Part shown: in pieces, positions 40,367-50,520 of the stretch | Position numbering within the stretch: the stretch's first letter is position 1 | Layout: every line of letters starts with the position of its first letter | DNA from: an uncultured Gemmatimonadota bacterium | GTDB taxonomy: Bacteria; SM23-81; DAOVCL01 | Reading direction: 5' to 3' | DNA length: 64,000 nucleotides | Assembly (NCBI GenBank): GCA_964626665.1 | Contig: CAZVGK010000010.1 | Span: 22,850 to 86,849, forward strand | The notes under the pieces: model-generated | Database searches by the model: none | What the model was told of the DNA's origin: nothing | Seen by the model: the letters and a program-made list of their open reading frames with translations, nothing else | Translations under genes and position numbers: made by a program

Positions 40367-41995
40367 CTATTCCTTCCGGATGATCACATCTTTTCCTTTG
40401 AGGATCAATGGTTTGCCGATTGTTAGTGTGGGAGCAGAGAAGGTGTTGTCAGACCCAGCCTTGAATATCAGTGTCGCATTATCAGGAACCTCGGCGATTG
40501 CCTCTTCAATATCTTCATACGGATCATCCGGACTGCCATCGCCGGGATTGGAGTCGCCGACAAACTTCACCACATTTAACGGAGCTATACGGGTGACATG
40601 GTGCTGTTTTAGGTTAAAAAATTCTGGGACATTGTCACAGGAGTACCAGCCATCCCAAAATCCGCCCCACCCTAAGTTCATCTTGAACTGCCTGTCCGGA
40701 TCGGTTGTCTTATTATAACCGAATACAACCCAGGCGTGTCCTCCCCCACCCAAGGTGTCCGCCCGATAACCAGAGAACTCCATAGGCCGCAGCCATTGAA
40801 TTTCCTCGGTCATCGTATTTATGTTCCTTGTTCCATAGGTGGCATCGTAGTCGTACCTGAAGTGATCCTCGAGAGCATCGTCGACATCTGATGGATATGC
40901 CCCAGAACTCTTAATCCCATAATTCATTCCAACGGCAATACCGGCGTGATAGCACAGCTTGGCCACCTCGGCATCTCCATTATCAGGTGGATCTGAATGC
41001 GTATCCTCTATGATACTCCAGTTGTAGTTTGTGGCCCCAAAATTGGCATTACAGTTAGTTGAAGCTTGCGTGAGCCTGTTCCAGAGGGTTTCGAGGGCAT
41101 TTAAATAATCCGCATCGTCACTTATATTTTGTGCCCCCCCATAGAGGGAATTATCCCAGTAGCCGTTCATCCGCAGTTTGTCCCCACCCGCCGCGGTCCA
41201 TTCGAGCCGTCCCCCGCCGGCCCAATTTGGTGGAATTTTTGGGTCCTTTGCCAGCGGTTCCTCATCCCAGTTGTTTCTCCATCGGTAATAATAGACCGTG
41301 CCACCAGTGCTTTGTCCAGTGTTCGGCCATTTCCAGTAGTACATTATCTGGGACATAGCCGTGGCGACGCAGCCGACCACGCAGTGTTCATCGACTCCAG
41401 GGGTAAGTTCGGGGCATTGGTCATTGTATGGCGAGCCCTGGGACCATTGGGAGGTTAGATCGAGCTCCATCATTATAGGTTCAGCCTTGGCCTTGTTTTC
41501 CTCTATTCTTAGTGGAATGCGACCGGCAATAAGATCCTGCCAGGATGAGGCCCTCTCAGCCAAAGCTTTTTGATACTGGAGCAGCTTAGGGTCCCCTCCC
41601 ATCAATCCCTCACGCAGATGTTTTAGCCTGGTCTCGATCTCCCAGAGGATATATTGATAGTCTGGATTCTGAGGGTCATATCTCCCGTAGGGACTGTAGA
41701 AGTAGACAGGGAGAACCAGATTATCAGGGCCACAAAGACAGAAACCACCACCGGAGAGATGAGCGATGTAAGCAATGGTTTCTCCTTTAACTTTATGGGG
41801 TTCCATCCTCTCGATGACGGCATCAGGTCTCGCATCAGCAGTGACATAACGCACCCAGGTTTGGACGGCAGCTCGGACTTCTTCTGGCGACAACTGTTTT
41901 GCCTGGAGTAACCCAGGTAATAAGATCAAGGAGGCAAGCAGCAGAGATACCAAAGGCCAGGCCCTCTTGCAGGCTTTGTCTTTAATCGGCTTCAT
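40367..41995 (-). CDS. Secreted C10 (streptopain-like) cysteine peptidase with pro-domain
   Basis: 'WSQGSPYN..CP', 'VGCVATAMSQIMYYWKWP', 'GHAWVVFGY', 'MNLGWGG'. Confidence 0.93.
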   Translation of the reverse strand: MKPIKDKACKRAWPLVSLLLASLILLPGLLQAKQLSPEEVRAAVQTWVRYVTADARPDAVIERMEPHKVKGETIAYIAHLSGGGFCLCGPDNLVLPVYFYSPYGRYDPQNPDYQYILWEIETRLKHLREGLMGGDPKLLQYQKALAERASSWQDLIAGRIPLRIEENKAKAEPIMMELDLTSQWSQGSPYNDQCPELTPGVDEHCVVGCVATAMSQIMYYWKWPNTGQSTGGTVYYYRWRNNWDEEPLAKDPKIPPNWAGGGRLEWTAAGGDKLRMNGYWDNSLYGGAQNISDDADYLNALETLWNRLTQASTNCNANFGATNYNWSIIEDTHSDPPDNGDAEVAKLCYHAGIAVGMNYGIKSSGAYPSDVDDALEDHFRYDYDATYGTRNINTMTEEIQWLRPMEFSGYRADTLGGGGHAWVVFGYNKTTDPDRQFKMNLGWGGFWDGWYSCDNVPEFFNLKQHHVTRIAPLNVVKFVGDSNPGDGSPDDPYEDIEEAIAEVPDNATLIFKAGSDNTFSAPTLTIGKPLILKGKDVIIRKE

Positions 41996-42010
41996 CAGAA
42001 GGCCTCCTTT

Positions 42011-43756
42011 CTATTGCAGGCTGACCAGAACAAGAACCAGGCCTTGCCCTTGATCAAGTGAATTCATTGCCTTGCCAAGGATGGCACCTTGAGCCTGGGC
42101 ATAGTCAGTGACCTTCATAGCGTGGCCCGGAGTTGCTGATGTGGTCAGCAAATCTCCAGGTTGAATGGAGCCATTTGAAACATCGGTCCAACAATAGACC
42201 CGCCCGGTCAGTGCTACTGGGTGTGCTCCATCAGCTTTGGAACCTCTCTGTCCCATTAGCATTCCAGGTTCAATGCCTCCCGCGCCACTAATCACACCCG
42301 CTACCTTGCGATCATAGGCTTTTTTGCTGACTATCAATTTCCCCGGGTGTTCAGGATCAATGCACACCACCATTCCAGGTTTGGCATCTACCTTATCTTG
42401 CTTGATATCGAACTGCTCGGATAAATCGCTTCCTCCAGTAAGTTGGAGCACGGAGCACACAATCTTCCCATCGTTTTCTACCTTGAAGACGGGATCCCAA
42501 CCGCCGGTCCAGCTATCGCAGCGGAGTATGTCACCACCGCCATGTTGTCTTAAAAGTAGAGTTAGGTCACTTGAGGTGTTGTCCACACTCAGGCCAATGC
42601 CATCAGGATCGTCATTTTCTATCCTCGCAGTAGCACCGGATACGCCACTGCCTGAAGACTTCACATAGAGTCTGTGGCTTCCTGTACTTGAAGTTCCGAT
42701 GCCGACCTTGCCCTGCACCAACATCCCATTGCTCGGAGCAGTGGATGAGCCTGAATATGTTGATCCGACTACCATTGCTCCTTCTACATCGAGCCTATTT
42801 TTAGGGTTTGTCGTCCCAAGGCCGATGTTGCCGGTATCTTTTACATAAAGCCTTGTTGACCCTTCATCAGTTTTTAATGCCAATCCACCGCTGTCCCTTG
42901 CTCGGATGTAATCATCTACCCGAAGGCCACCAACAACTTCCAATTTATCGTTCGGCGAGTTTGTCCCGATGCCGACTTTGCCATCAAAGTAACCAGCTAT
43001 TGCCTCCTCCGAAAGGCTAGTGTCGGCCTCTGCAGAAATTCCAATATAACCCTTTCCAGATATTCCAACTGACCCTTCACCGTATACGCCACAGAGCAAG
43101 CCAGTTCCCCAGACTCCAGTGCCAAATCCTCCATGACCTTTGATTGTCCCGTTAACTTCCAACTTAGCCTCCGGGCTCGTCGTCCCGATGCCTACATTGC
43201 CGCTCTTGGAGAAGTAACAATCATTCCCAGAGCAAATCCAGCAACCGGAGCCTTCACCTCCACTTGAGCGAAAAGAATAGGGGACACTTGCTAATTTCTT
43301 CCTCGGTAAGAGCACTCCCCGTCCAATGGCCGTCCCCAACCAAAGTCCCTGGCCAGTAAAGATCGTATCGGGAAGGGAATTGACACTTCCCAAAAACAGG
43401 TTGAAAAAACCGCCTATTACTGGCACCTGGGAGTGGGTTTCACTCCAGAGGAGATTTCCACCGTTGGCTTGGTCGTAGATGGCGAAACCTATCTCCAGGG
43501 TATCGGTGACCGCTGAACTATCGCTGGAGTTTGCCAAGTAACCCTGGTAATTTATTTGTTGGGGAACACTTTTGGTGCCAAGAGGGGGGCTGACCGAATA
43601 TCTATCACCTTCCGGTGACTGAACCCCGTTTTTCGGAGTCCTCAAACCTGTGCCTGTTGCGGCTATCCTCTCCTTGCTTCCACCTAATACTGAGACTGCT
43701 ACAAAAGCAAGGAGACCAACTATTGCCAAAATGGCAATTATTCCCTTAACCTTCAT
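42011..43756 (-). CDS. Secreted fibre-like protein with GxVGIGT repeats and putative C-terminal intramolecular-chaperone domain
   Basis: Signal peptide, 'PQQINYQGYL', four G(N/K)(V/I)G(I/L)GT repeats, 'GGSDLSEQF...GVISG...VALTGRV...GDLL'. Confidence 0.75.
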   Translation of the reverse strand: MKVKGIIAILAIVGLLAFVAVSVLGGSKERIAATGTGLRTPKNGVQSPEGDRYSVSPPLGTKSVPQQINYQGYLANSSDSSAVTDTLEIGFAIYDQANGGNLLWSETHSQVPVIGGFFNLFLGSVNSLPDTIFTGQGLWLGTAIGRGVLLPRKKLASVPYSFRSSGGEGSGCWICSGNDCYFSKSGNVGIGTTSPEAKLEVNGTIKGHGGFGTGVWGTGLLCGVYGEGSVGISGKGYIGISAEADTSLSEEAIAGYFDGKVGIGTNSPNDKLEVVGGLRVDDYIRARDSGGLALKTDEGSTRLYVKDTGNIGLGTTNPKNRLDVEGAMVVGSTYSGSSTAPSNGMLVQGKVGIGTSSTGSHRLYVKSSGSGVSGATARIENDDPDGIGLSVDNTSSDLTLLLRQHGGGDILRCDSWTGGWDPVFKVENDGKIVCSVLQLTGGSDLSEQFDIKQDKVDAKPGMVVCIDPEHPGKLIVSKKAYDRKVAGVISGAGGIEPGMLMGQRGSKADGAHPVALTGRVYCWTDVSNGSIQPGDLLTTSATPGHAMKVTDYAQAQGAILGKAMNSLDQGQGLVLVLVSLQ

Positions 43757-43810
43757 TGTGTGTGACCTCCTTTGGATTGGAAAATCGTGCGAAATAAAGG
43801 TCTCCTCTCT

Positions 43811-44389
43811 CTATTTCAGCAACAATAGTTTCTTGCTCGAAGAATACTTGCCCACTTCGAGCCGATAAAGGTAGACTCCACTTGCCAACTCCCTTCCATA
43901 ATCATCCCTTGCATCCCAGACCACTGAATAATACCCAGGAGCTTGTTCTTTATCCACCAGGGTTCTTACCAACTGTCCCAGCACATTGTAAACCTTTAAG
44001 GTGACAGCCATCCGCGGACCTTCTTCTGCCGACAATTGGTAGCGAACGATGGTGGTTGGGTTAAACGGATTTGGATAATTCTGGGATAAACCATACTCCT
44101 TGGGTAAAGGTATTTCTGGGTGCGAACCGCTGCTTACTCCACTTGACCGCCAAGGCGGCACCCCCGGATGCCAAAACCCAACAGCCTCGATGTAAGTAGC
44201 ATTAGAGCTTATTCCTATGACTGTCTGTCCGAGAGTGGTTCCAAGTAGATATTTACTATTCTCGGCTTCTCCGCCAGATGAGGATAGAGCATCCGAAAAG
44301 ATAATATAACCAGCCTCAGAGGTAACACCAAAAATGCAAAGAAGCAAAGCAGCAAAGAGTATAAAAGCGACCTTGAATGGTTGCATCAA
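43811..44389 (-). CDS. Small secreted protein with FlgD/T9SS-A-like C-terminal domain
   Basis: Signal peptide, 'TLGQ..IG', 'GFW', 'LSQNYPNPFNP...SGVYLYRL'. Confidence 0.85.
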   Translation of the reverse strand: MMQPFKVAFILFAALLLCIFGVTSEAGYIIFSDALSSSGGEAENSKYLLGTTLGQTVIGISSNATYIEAVGFWHPGVPPWRSSGVSSGSHPEIPLPKEYGLSQNYPNPFNPTTIVRYQLSAEEGPRMAVTLKVYNVLGQLVRTLVDKEQAPGYYSVVWDARDDYGRELASGVYLYRLEVGKYSSSKKLLLLK

Positions 44390-44512
44390 TTACCCCCTTT
44401 ATTTGGTTTGTTTCCCAAATACGCCCTAAAAACTAATCATTTTTAACTGTGGCAACACCTCCTCCCTATATTAGGCAATGGGATCGGACCATCTACTCTG
44501 AAGATTCATTTA

Positions 44513-45598
44513 TTACCTCATTTTCAGGGTGCTCAAGCTCAAAAGGGCTAAGATTATGCCAATTATCCAGAGCCTGACCACGACCTTTGGTTCCTTCCAA
44601 CCCAAAAGCTCGAAATGATGATGGAGGGGGGCCATCTTGAATATTCTGCGGCCACGGGTCCTGAAGGAGGCAACCTGCAGGATCACCGAGGCGGCCTCCG
44701 CAACAAAGATGCCCCCCAAGATAAAAAGCAAGATCTCCTGTTTGGCCAGGACGGAGATGGTTCCTAAGGCTCCCCCTAAGGCCAGGGCTCCCGTGTCGCC
44801 CATAAAGACCTGAGCGGGGAAGGCATTAAACCAGAGAAAGCCTAAGGATGCACCCACCATTGCCCCGGAGTAGACGGCCAACTCCCCGCAACCGGGGAGG
44901 TAGAAGATCTTCAGGTAGCTGGAGAAGTCCACCCTTCCCGTAACATAGGTAACTATGGCCAGGGTAAGGGCACATATCCCCACCAGTCCAATGGCCAGGC
45001 CATCCAATCCATCCGTGAGGTTTATGGCATTTGATGCCCCCACCACAACGACAGTTACAAAGGGGATGTAGAAGAGGCCGAAGTTAATGACCACATCCTT
45101 AAAGAAGGGAAGGCTGGTAGAGGTGGCATAACCAGGGTGAGGGGGAAGGAGGAAGAGGAGAACCCCCAAACCCAGGCCCCATATCGTCTGTCCCGCCAGT
45201 TTGTACCTTCCCACCAAGCCCTTTTCCTTTCCTCTCTTTGCCTTTAGGTAGTCGTCAAAGAGCCCGATCCCCCCCATCCAGAGGGTAGTAAGGATCAAGA
45301 GTATGGTGTATTCGTTGTTGAGCCGGGCCCAAAGGATGGTGGAGAAGAGGAGCGAGGTCAGGATCATAATCCCGCCCATAGTGGGCGTTCCCTCCTTGAC
45401 CAGATGGGAGCTTGGCCCATCTTCACTGATCTTCTCCATAATCTCCCTTCTCTTGAGCCAGCGGATGATGTCTGGGCCCAGGAGGAAGCTAATCAGCAGG
45501 GCGGTGAAGGCGGCCCCTGCCGTGCGAAATGTTATGTAACGAAACAGGTTAAAGCCGATGAAGTATTTGCTTAAAGGGACTAAGAGATGGTAGAGCAT
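44513..45598 (-). CDS. mraY: Phospho-MurNAc-pentapeptide transferase
   Basis: 'KEGTPTMGG', 'NAINLTDGLDGLA', 'FMGDTG', 'MAPLHHHFE'. Confidence 0.99.
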   Translation of the reverse strand: MLYHLLVPLSKYFIGFNLFRYITFRTAGAAFTALLISFLLGPDIIRWLKRREIMEKISEDGPSSHLVKEGTPTMGGIMILTSLLFSTILWARLNNEYTILLILTTLWMGGIGLFDDYLKAKRGKEKGLVGRYKLAGQTIWGLGLGVLLFLLPPHPGYATSTSLPFFKDVVINFGLFYIPFVTVVVVGASNAINLTDGLDGLAIGLVGICALTLAIVTYVTGRVDFSSYLKIFYLPGCGELAVYSGAMVGASLGFLWFNAFPAQVFMGDTGALALGGALGTISVLAKQEILLFILGGIFVAEAASVILQVASFRTRGRRIFKMAPLHHHFELLGWKEPKVVVRLWIIGIILALLSLSTLKMR

Positions 45599-45783
45599 TG
45601 GCTTCCTCTGTTCTACAATTTGGCAAGAGCTTGTTTTTTAATACGGTTTTTCAGGTTACCTCTTTCCGTTTTGAATGAAGAAATTAGAAAATGGAAAATA
45701 GAAAAAGAACTACACTCTGAGCGACTCAGTGGTGACTATTCACCGTCAGTTTTTGCTTTTTCGCCTTCTCGGCTTTTGGCTTT

Positions 45784-47172
45784 TTACTCCTGCCGAACGG
45801 TGCGGAAGTCCTTTATCCCCTCCACCACCGTCTCCATCTTCATCTTTCGGGAGCCCTTTACCAGAACCGTGTCACCGTAAAGAATCATCTCCCGCAGATA
45901 CCTTAACGCCTCCTCTTTGGTGGCCGCACCATAGGTCCATTTCTCGGGGTAACCCATCCTCTTTGCCCCCTCGATGATCTTTTGTGCCCTTTCCCCCACG
46001 GTAACTAGATAGTCTATGTCCAGTCCGGCCAGGTGTTTTCCCACATCAGTGTGATACTGGTCACTCTCCTCACCCAGCTCCAACATATCCCCTAAAACAG
46101 CGAATTTCCTCCCCTTCTCCCCCTCTAAGGCAGTCAGCGCGCTTTTCATCGATGCGGGGTTGGCATTGTAGGCATCGTTGATGATGGTCACCCCGTTTAT
46201 TATATTTCTCTCCATTCTCAGGGGAGGAAGCTGAAACGATTCGAGAACCTCTTTCATCTCCTTCCAATCCAAACCTAAGGTCCGGCCAACCGATATGGCG
46301 GCTAATGCGTTGTAAACATTGTAAGTTCCCATAAGGTTTAACTTAAAGGTTTCCCCGCGCACCTCAAATTCTATCCCCCCTTCCACCTTCCTTACCCTCT
46401 GGCCCCAGAAGTCAGAGCTGCGTTCTAAACTAAAGGTGACCGTTCTCTCCGCGGGAAGGGAGCTCTGGAAACGCAGGTAGAGGTCGTCGGTGTTGAGGAA
46501 GCCAATTCCAGTGGGGGGGAGGCTTTCGAAGAGCTCCAGCTTGGCCTGGGCCACCTGGCTGAGGGTGCCCAGGTTTTTTAGATGGGTGGGTCCTATGTTG
46601 GTAATCAATCCTAAATTGGGGAGACAGATCTGAGAGAGGGCCTTTATCTCGCCCAAACCAGAGGTGCCCATCTCTATTACCGCCATCCTGTGTTGGGCCC
46701 TCAGGTGGAGAAGGGTTAGAGGTAAACCAATTAGGTTGTTGAAGCTCCTCTCTGACCTGAGGGTTGGGTAATAATGGGAGAAGAGATCGGCTACCATCTC
46801 CTTGGTGGTCGTCTTGCCGTTTGAACCGGTGATGGCCAGAATCGTTGGGGAGAACCTCTTCCTATAGTTTAGGGCCAATCTCCCCAGGGCGCTCAGTGTA
46901 TCCTCCACCACTAAGAGTGGCCCGGAGACCTCGTTCCCCCCTCCTGGCCAGCGGGAGCGGGAGACAACCGCCGCCGCCCCTCCCTTTTTAAGGGCTTCCC
47001 GGACAAAGGAGTGGCTATCGAAATTTGGCCCGGGAAGGGCAAAGAAGAGCGCACCAGGAGAGATGGTGCGGGAGTCCGTGGAGACCTCTATATCCCTAAT
47101 TTTGCTGCTCAGGTCTCCCACCACCTCTGCCCCCATCCATGCGGCGATGTTTAGGAGGGAGACTTTTTCCAT
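45784..47172 (-). CDS. murF: UDP-MurNAc-tripeptide D-Ala-D-Ala ligase
   Basis: 'ITGSNGKTTTKE', 'NNLIGLP', 'NDAYNANP', 'GDMLELG', 'VKGSR'. Confidence 0.98.
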   Translation of the reverse strand: MEKVSLLNIAAWMGAEVVGDLSSKIRDIEVSTDSRTISPGALFFALPGPNFDSHSFVREALKKGGAAAVVSRSRWPGGGNEVSGPLLVVEDTLSALGRLALNYRKRFSPTILAITGSNGKTTTKEMVADLFSHYYPTLRSERSFNNLIGLPLTLLHLRAQHRMAVIEMGTSGLGEIKALSQICLPNLGLITNIGPTHLKNLGTLSQVAQAKLELFESLPPTGIGFLNTDDLYLRFQSSLPAERTVTFSLERSSDFWGQRVRKVEGGIEFEVRGETFKLNLMGTYNVYNALAAISVGRTLGLDWKEMKEVLESFQLPPLRMERNIINGVTIINDAYNANPASMKSALTALEGEKGRKFAVLGDMLELGEESDQYHTDVGKHLAGLDIDYLVTVGERAQKIIEGAKRMGYPEKWTYGAATKEEALRYLREMILYGDTVLVKGSRKMKMETVVEGIKDFRTVRQE

Positions 47173-48602
47173 AAGCGAGTAAGTTCCTCCTCTACCACTT
47201 GACGATCATCAAAGGGAATGATTTTATCCCCAATAAATTGCCTAGTTTCATGTCCTTTTCCGGCCACAATCACCCAGTCCCCCTTTTTGGCCAATCTCAG
47301 GGCCCTTCTTATGGCCTCCCTCCTCTCTTCGATGATCTCAAACTCACCTTGCACCCCCTGGGCAATCTCCCCGATAATCTGCTGGGGGTCCTCCCCGCGC
47401 GGATTGTCTGAGGTAAGGATAAGCCTATCGGCTAATCTTGATCCTACCTGGCCCATCAGAGGCCTCTTCCCCCGATCCCTGTCACCACCACAGCCAAAGG
47501 TAAGGATAAGCCTTCCTGCGGCTATCTCCCTTAAGGAGCCCAGGAGTGATTGTAGGGCATCCGGGGTGTGGGCATAGTCTATCAGGACTTTAAATCCATT
47601 TCCCTCCACCACTTCCGTTCTTCCCTTTACCCCTGAAAGTTCCTCCACCCCCTCCCTGATGGCCTCCGGTTCGCTTCCCCCAGCCAGGGTGGCTCCCACT
47701 GCGGCCAAGATATTGGAGAGGTTTGCCCTCCCCAATAGCCTGCTTCTTATGGGGAGCTCTCCCTGAGGGGTGGAGAGCAGCGCTTCCGTTCCCGTGGGCA
47801 AAAGCTTATAGCTTTTGGCCCAGATATCCGCCTTTCTCTTTAGAGAGTAAGTGAGAACCTGCGCCTTGGTCTGCTTTTTGATGAGATCAGATTTGGGATC
47901 ATCGCGGTTTAGGAGGGCAATTGCCTCGGGCTTCAATCCCTGAAACAGGGTTAGCTTGGCCTGGAAATAGGAGTCCATATCCTTATGGAAATCAAGGTGG
48001 TCCCGCGAGAGATTGGTGAAAACCGCTAAGTCATAGTCCGTTTCCAAGATCCTCTTCAAGGAGAGGGCATGGGAGGAAACCTCCATTACCACCTTCTCTG
48101 TTCCCCCTTCCACCATCTGCCGCAGCATCCTCTGCAGATCAAGGGATTGCGGGGTGGTGAGCTCACCACGCTTGAACTCCCCATCTATCTGATAGCCAAT
48201 GGTTCCCAGCAGTCCGCTGGGTTTGCCCTCCTGCTCCCAGATGGACCTGATCAGATAGGAGGTAGTCGTCTTCCCGTTGGTGCCGGTAATCCCCACCAGC
48301 CAAAGGTCTTGGGAAGGGTATCCATACCACTTACTGGCCAATAAGGCCAAGGCCTCCCGGGTGTTCGGCACTATGATTTGGGGGAAATCTCCCACTTTCC
48401 TCTCCACAACAGCCCCTAGTGCCCCTTTCTCCATAGCCTTCCCCACCCAGAGATGGCCATCGGATTTTGTCCCGCTCAGGGCCACAAATAGGTCCCCTGG
48501 TTTAAGGAGATGGGAATTATAGGAAAGGCCCCGGCACTCTTTTTGGAACTGGCCGAGGACTTCCCTCTGGGGCAGAGCCTCTATGAGCTTCTGGGTTCTC
48601 AT
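47151..48602 (-). CDS. murE: UDP-MurNAc-dipeptide meso-DAP ligase
   Basis: 'GITGTNGKTT', 'MEVSSH', 'DYAHTPD', DAP-type 'DNPR'; ATGA overlap with the ftsI stop. Confidence 0.98.
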   Translation of the reverse strand: MRTQKLIEALPQREVLGQFQKECRGLSYNSHLLKPGDLFVALSGTKSDGHLWVGKAMEKGALGAVVERKVGDFPQIIVPNTREALALLASKWYGYPSQDLWLVGITGTNGKTTTSYLIRSIWEQEGKPSGLLGTIGYQIDGEFKRGELTTPQSLDLQRMLRQMVEGGTEKVVMEVSSHALSLKRILETDYDLAVFTNLSRDHLDFHKDMDSYFQAKLTLFQGLKPEAIALLNRDDPKSDLIKKQTKAQVLTYSLKRKADIWAKSYKLLPTGTEALLSTPQGELPIRSRLLGRANLSNILAAVGATLAGGSEPEAIREGVEELSGVKGRTEVVEGNGFKVLIDYAHTPDALQSLLGSLREIAAGRLILTFGCGGDRDRGKRPLMGQVGSRLADRLILTSDNPRGEDPQQIIGEIAQGVQGEFEIIEERREAIRRALRLAKKGDWVIVAGKGHETRQFIGDKIIPFDDRQVVEEELTRLWKKSPS

Positions 48603-50455
48603 TGGGACGAACAGAGTAGATGACATCTCAACCCTTGAGCCAGGAGTTTGCCTGGCCGGGGTTCCTGTGCAGTTATTATCCCCTCTCCCTTTACCTCTAT
48701 CCGCAGATTGTGGCCAGAGAGCAGGGAGAGTGCCCTCCTTAAACTCATCCCTCGGAGATCAGGCATCAGCCTAGAGGGGGTGGGGGAGAGGGTCAGCTTA
48801 ACCTTTGTCCCCTTGTGAACCAGACTACCCGGAGCCGGGGTTTGGGAGGTGATGGTTTGGCCTGTTCCCTCTTTCTTCCCTATAAGTACCCTCCTCCCAA
48901 GGATCTCCCTACCCTGAGAGATGCTTAAGTTCTGCAGGTTGGGGACTACCACATAGGAGTAGGTTTTGTCCTCCCCTTGGATGATGTGCCTCTCTGGTAG
49001 CCCTTCCCGGGAGAGTATCCTCTCCATTATCCGGCGGAAGACCGGCGCTGCTCCCTTGCTGCCTGGGCGATCCCGTTTGGGTTCATCCAAAACCACCAGG
49101 CCGGCCCATTTGGGCTTTGCCGCGGGAAGATAACCGACAAAGGAGGAAATTAAATTGCCCTGTGAATATCCTCCCTTATCCGGGTCAGGCTTCTGAGCGG
49201 TCCCTGTCTTCCCTGCCACTCTTATCCCCTCTATCTTAGCCCCTTTTCCGGTTCCCCTCTCCACCACGCCAACAAGGAGGTTGGTGATCAGATGGGCAGT
49301 AGAGGGGGAGATGGCCCGCCGAATGGGGGAGGGGGGATACTCCCTGATTGGCTTTCCCTCTTGGTTGAGGATAGCCTTAAGGAAGTGGGGTTGCATAAGG
49401 AGGCCGTCGTTGGCCACACAAGAATAAGCGTTGAGCAACTGCAGGGGGGTGACAGAGACCTCCTGCCCTATGGATATTGAGGCCAAGGAGAGGCCAGACC
49501 ACTCCTCTGGAGGTTTCAAGGTTCCTTTAGGTTCTCCAGGGAAGTCAACTCCTGTGGGCGAGCCGAAGCCCAAAGAACGGGCATATCTGTAAAGATTGTC
49601 CCTACCCACCTTCTTGGCCACCTTTATCACCCCTACATTGCTTGATTTCTCGATTACCTTTCTGAAGGTCAGCCAGCCGAATTTTCCGTTATCCCTAATA
49701 GGAATGCCGAAAATCTTTATGGATCCGTTTTCGCACCAAATCGAATCCGTGGGTGATATTATCCTCTCCTCCAAGGCCGCTGCCATCATGATTAACTTAA
49801 AGGTGGATCCTGGCTCAAATTGATCGGTTATCGCCCTGTTTCGTCTCTGTGGAGGTTTGGATCTTCGAGGGAGGTTGGGGTCATATGAGGGGAGGTTGGC
49901 AATAGCCAATATATCGCCTGTGGCCGGAGAGATGATGATGGCCGATCCCCCTTTGGCCCCTGTCCTCTCCACTCCCCTCTCCAATTCCTCCTGACAGATG
50001 CGTTGGTAGTCCGCATCAATGGTTAAGCAAAGGTTTTCTCCTCCCTGGGAAGGGGTGGGCAGGCCAGGGGGGGAGAATCTGTTCCCTTTCGCATCGGTGA
50101 GCAAGACCAGCCCAGGGCCATCCCCTCTCAGGTATTGGTCATAATAGAGCTCCTCTCCCTCCATTCCCTCATCGTCGAGGTTGGAAAAGCCTACCACATG
50201 GCAGAGGGAGGGCCCTAAGGGATACCATCTTCCCTGATCAAGGTTGGTGGCCAGGAGGTGAAAGTTCCTGTCGAATATCTTTCCCCTTTCCCCTCCTTCC
50301 CTCAGCCTGATTACCTGCTGACAGAGGGCCTTACTTAGATATTTGTGATGATGCAGGATCTGGATGGAAAAGAGGGTAGAGAGGAGGAATAGCCATAATG
50401 CCCCCCCCATTGCTCCCAAGATGATCAACCTTTTTTTATGCTGTTTGCCGAGCAT
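48599..50455 (-). CDS. ftsI: Division penicillin-binding protein (PBP3) with two PASTA domains
   Basis: STFK, SSN and KTG motifs; 'VPNL' and 'MPDL' PASTA repeats; start at ATG 50455. Confidence 0.95.
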   Translation of the reverse strand: MLGKQHKKRLIILGAMGGALWLFLLSTLFSIQILHHHKYLSKALCQQVIRLREGGERGKIFDRNFHLLATNLDQGRWYPLGPSLCHVVGFSNLDDEGMEGEELYYDQYLRGDGPGLVLLTDAKGNRFSPPGLPTPSQGGENLCLTIDADYQRICQEELERGVERTGAKGGSAIIISPATGDILAIANLPSYDPNLPRRSKPPQRRNRAITDQFEPGSTFKLIMMAAALEERIISPTDSIWCENGSIKIFGIPIRDNGKFGWLTFRKVIEKSSNVGVIKVAKKVGRDNLYRYARSLGFGSPTGVDFPGEPKGTLKPPEEWSGLSLASISIGQEVSVTPLQLLNAYSCVANDGLLMQPHFLKAILNQEGKPIREYPPSPIRRAISPSTAHLITNLLVGVVERGTGKGAKIEGIRVAGKTGTAQKPDPDKGGYSQGNLISSFVGYLPAAKPKWAGLVVLDEPKRDRPGSKGAAPVFRRIMERILSREGLPERHIIQGEDKTYSYVVVPNLQNLSISQGREILGRRVLIGKKEGTGQTITSQTPAPGSLVHKGTKVKLTLSPTPSRLMPDLRGMSLRRALSLLSGHNLRIEVKGEGIITAQEPRPGKLLAQGLRCHLLCSSQ

Positions 50456-50520
50456 CTTCCTTCTTGGACATTGTGCCCCCTTAAAATGGTATGATTGAGG
50501 GGCCTTCCACAATCTTTGCT

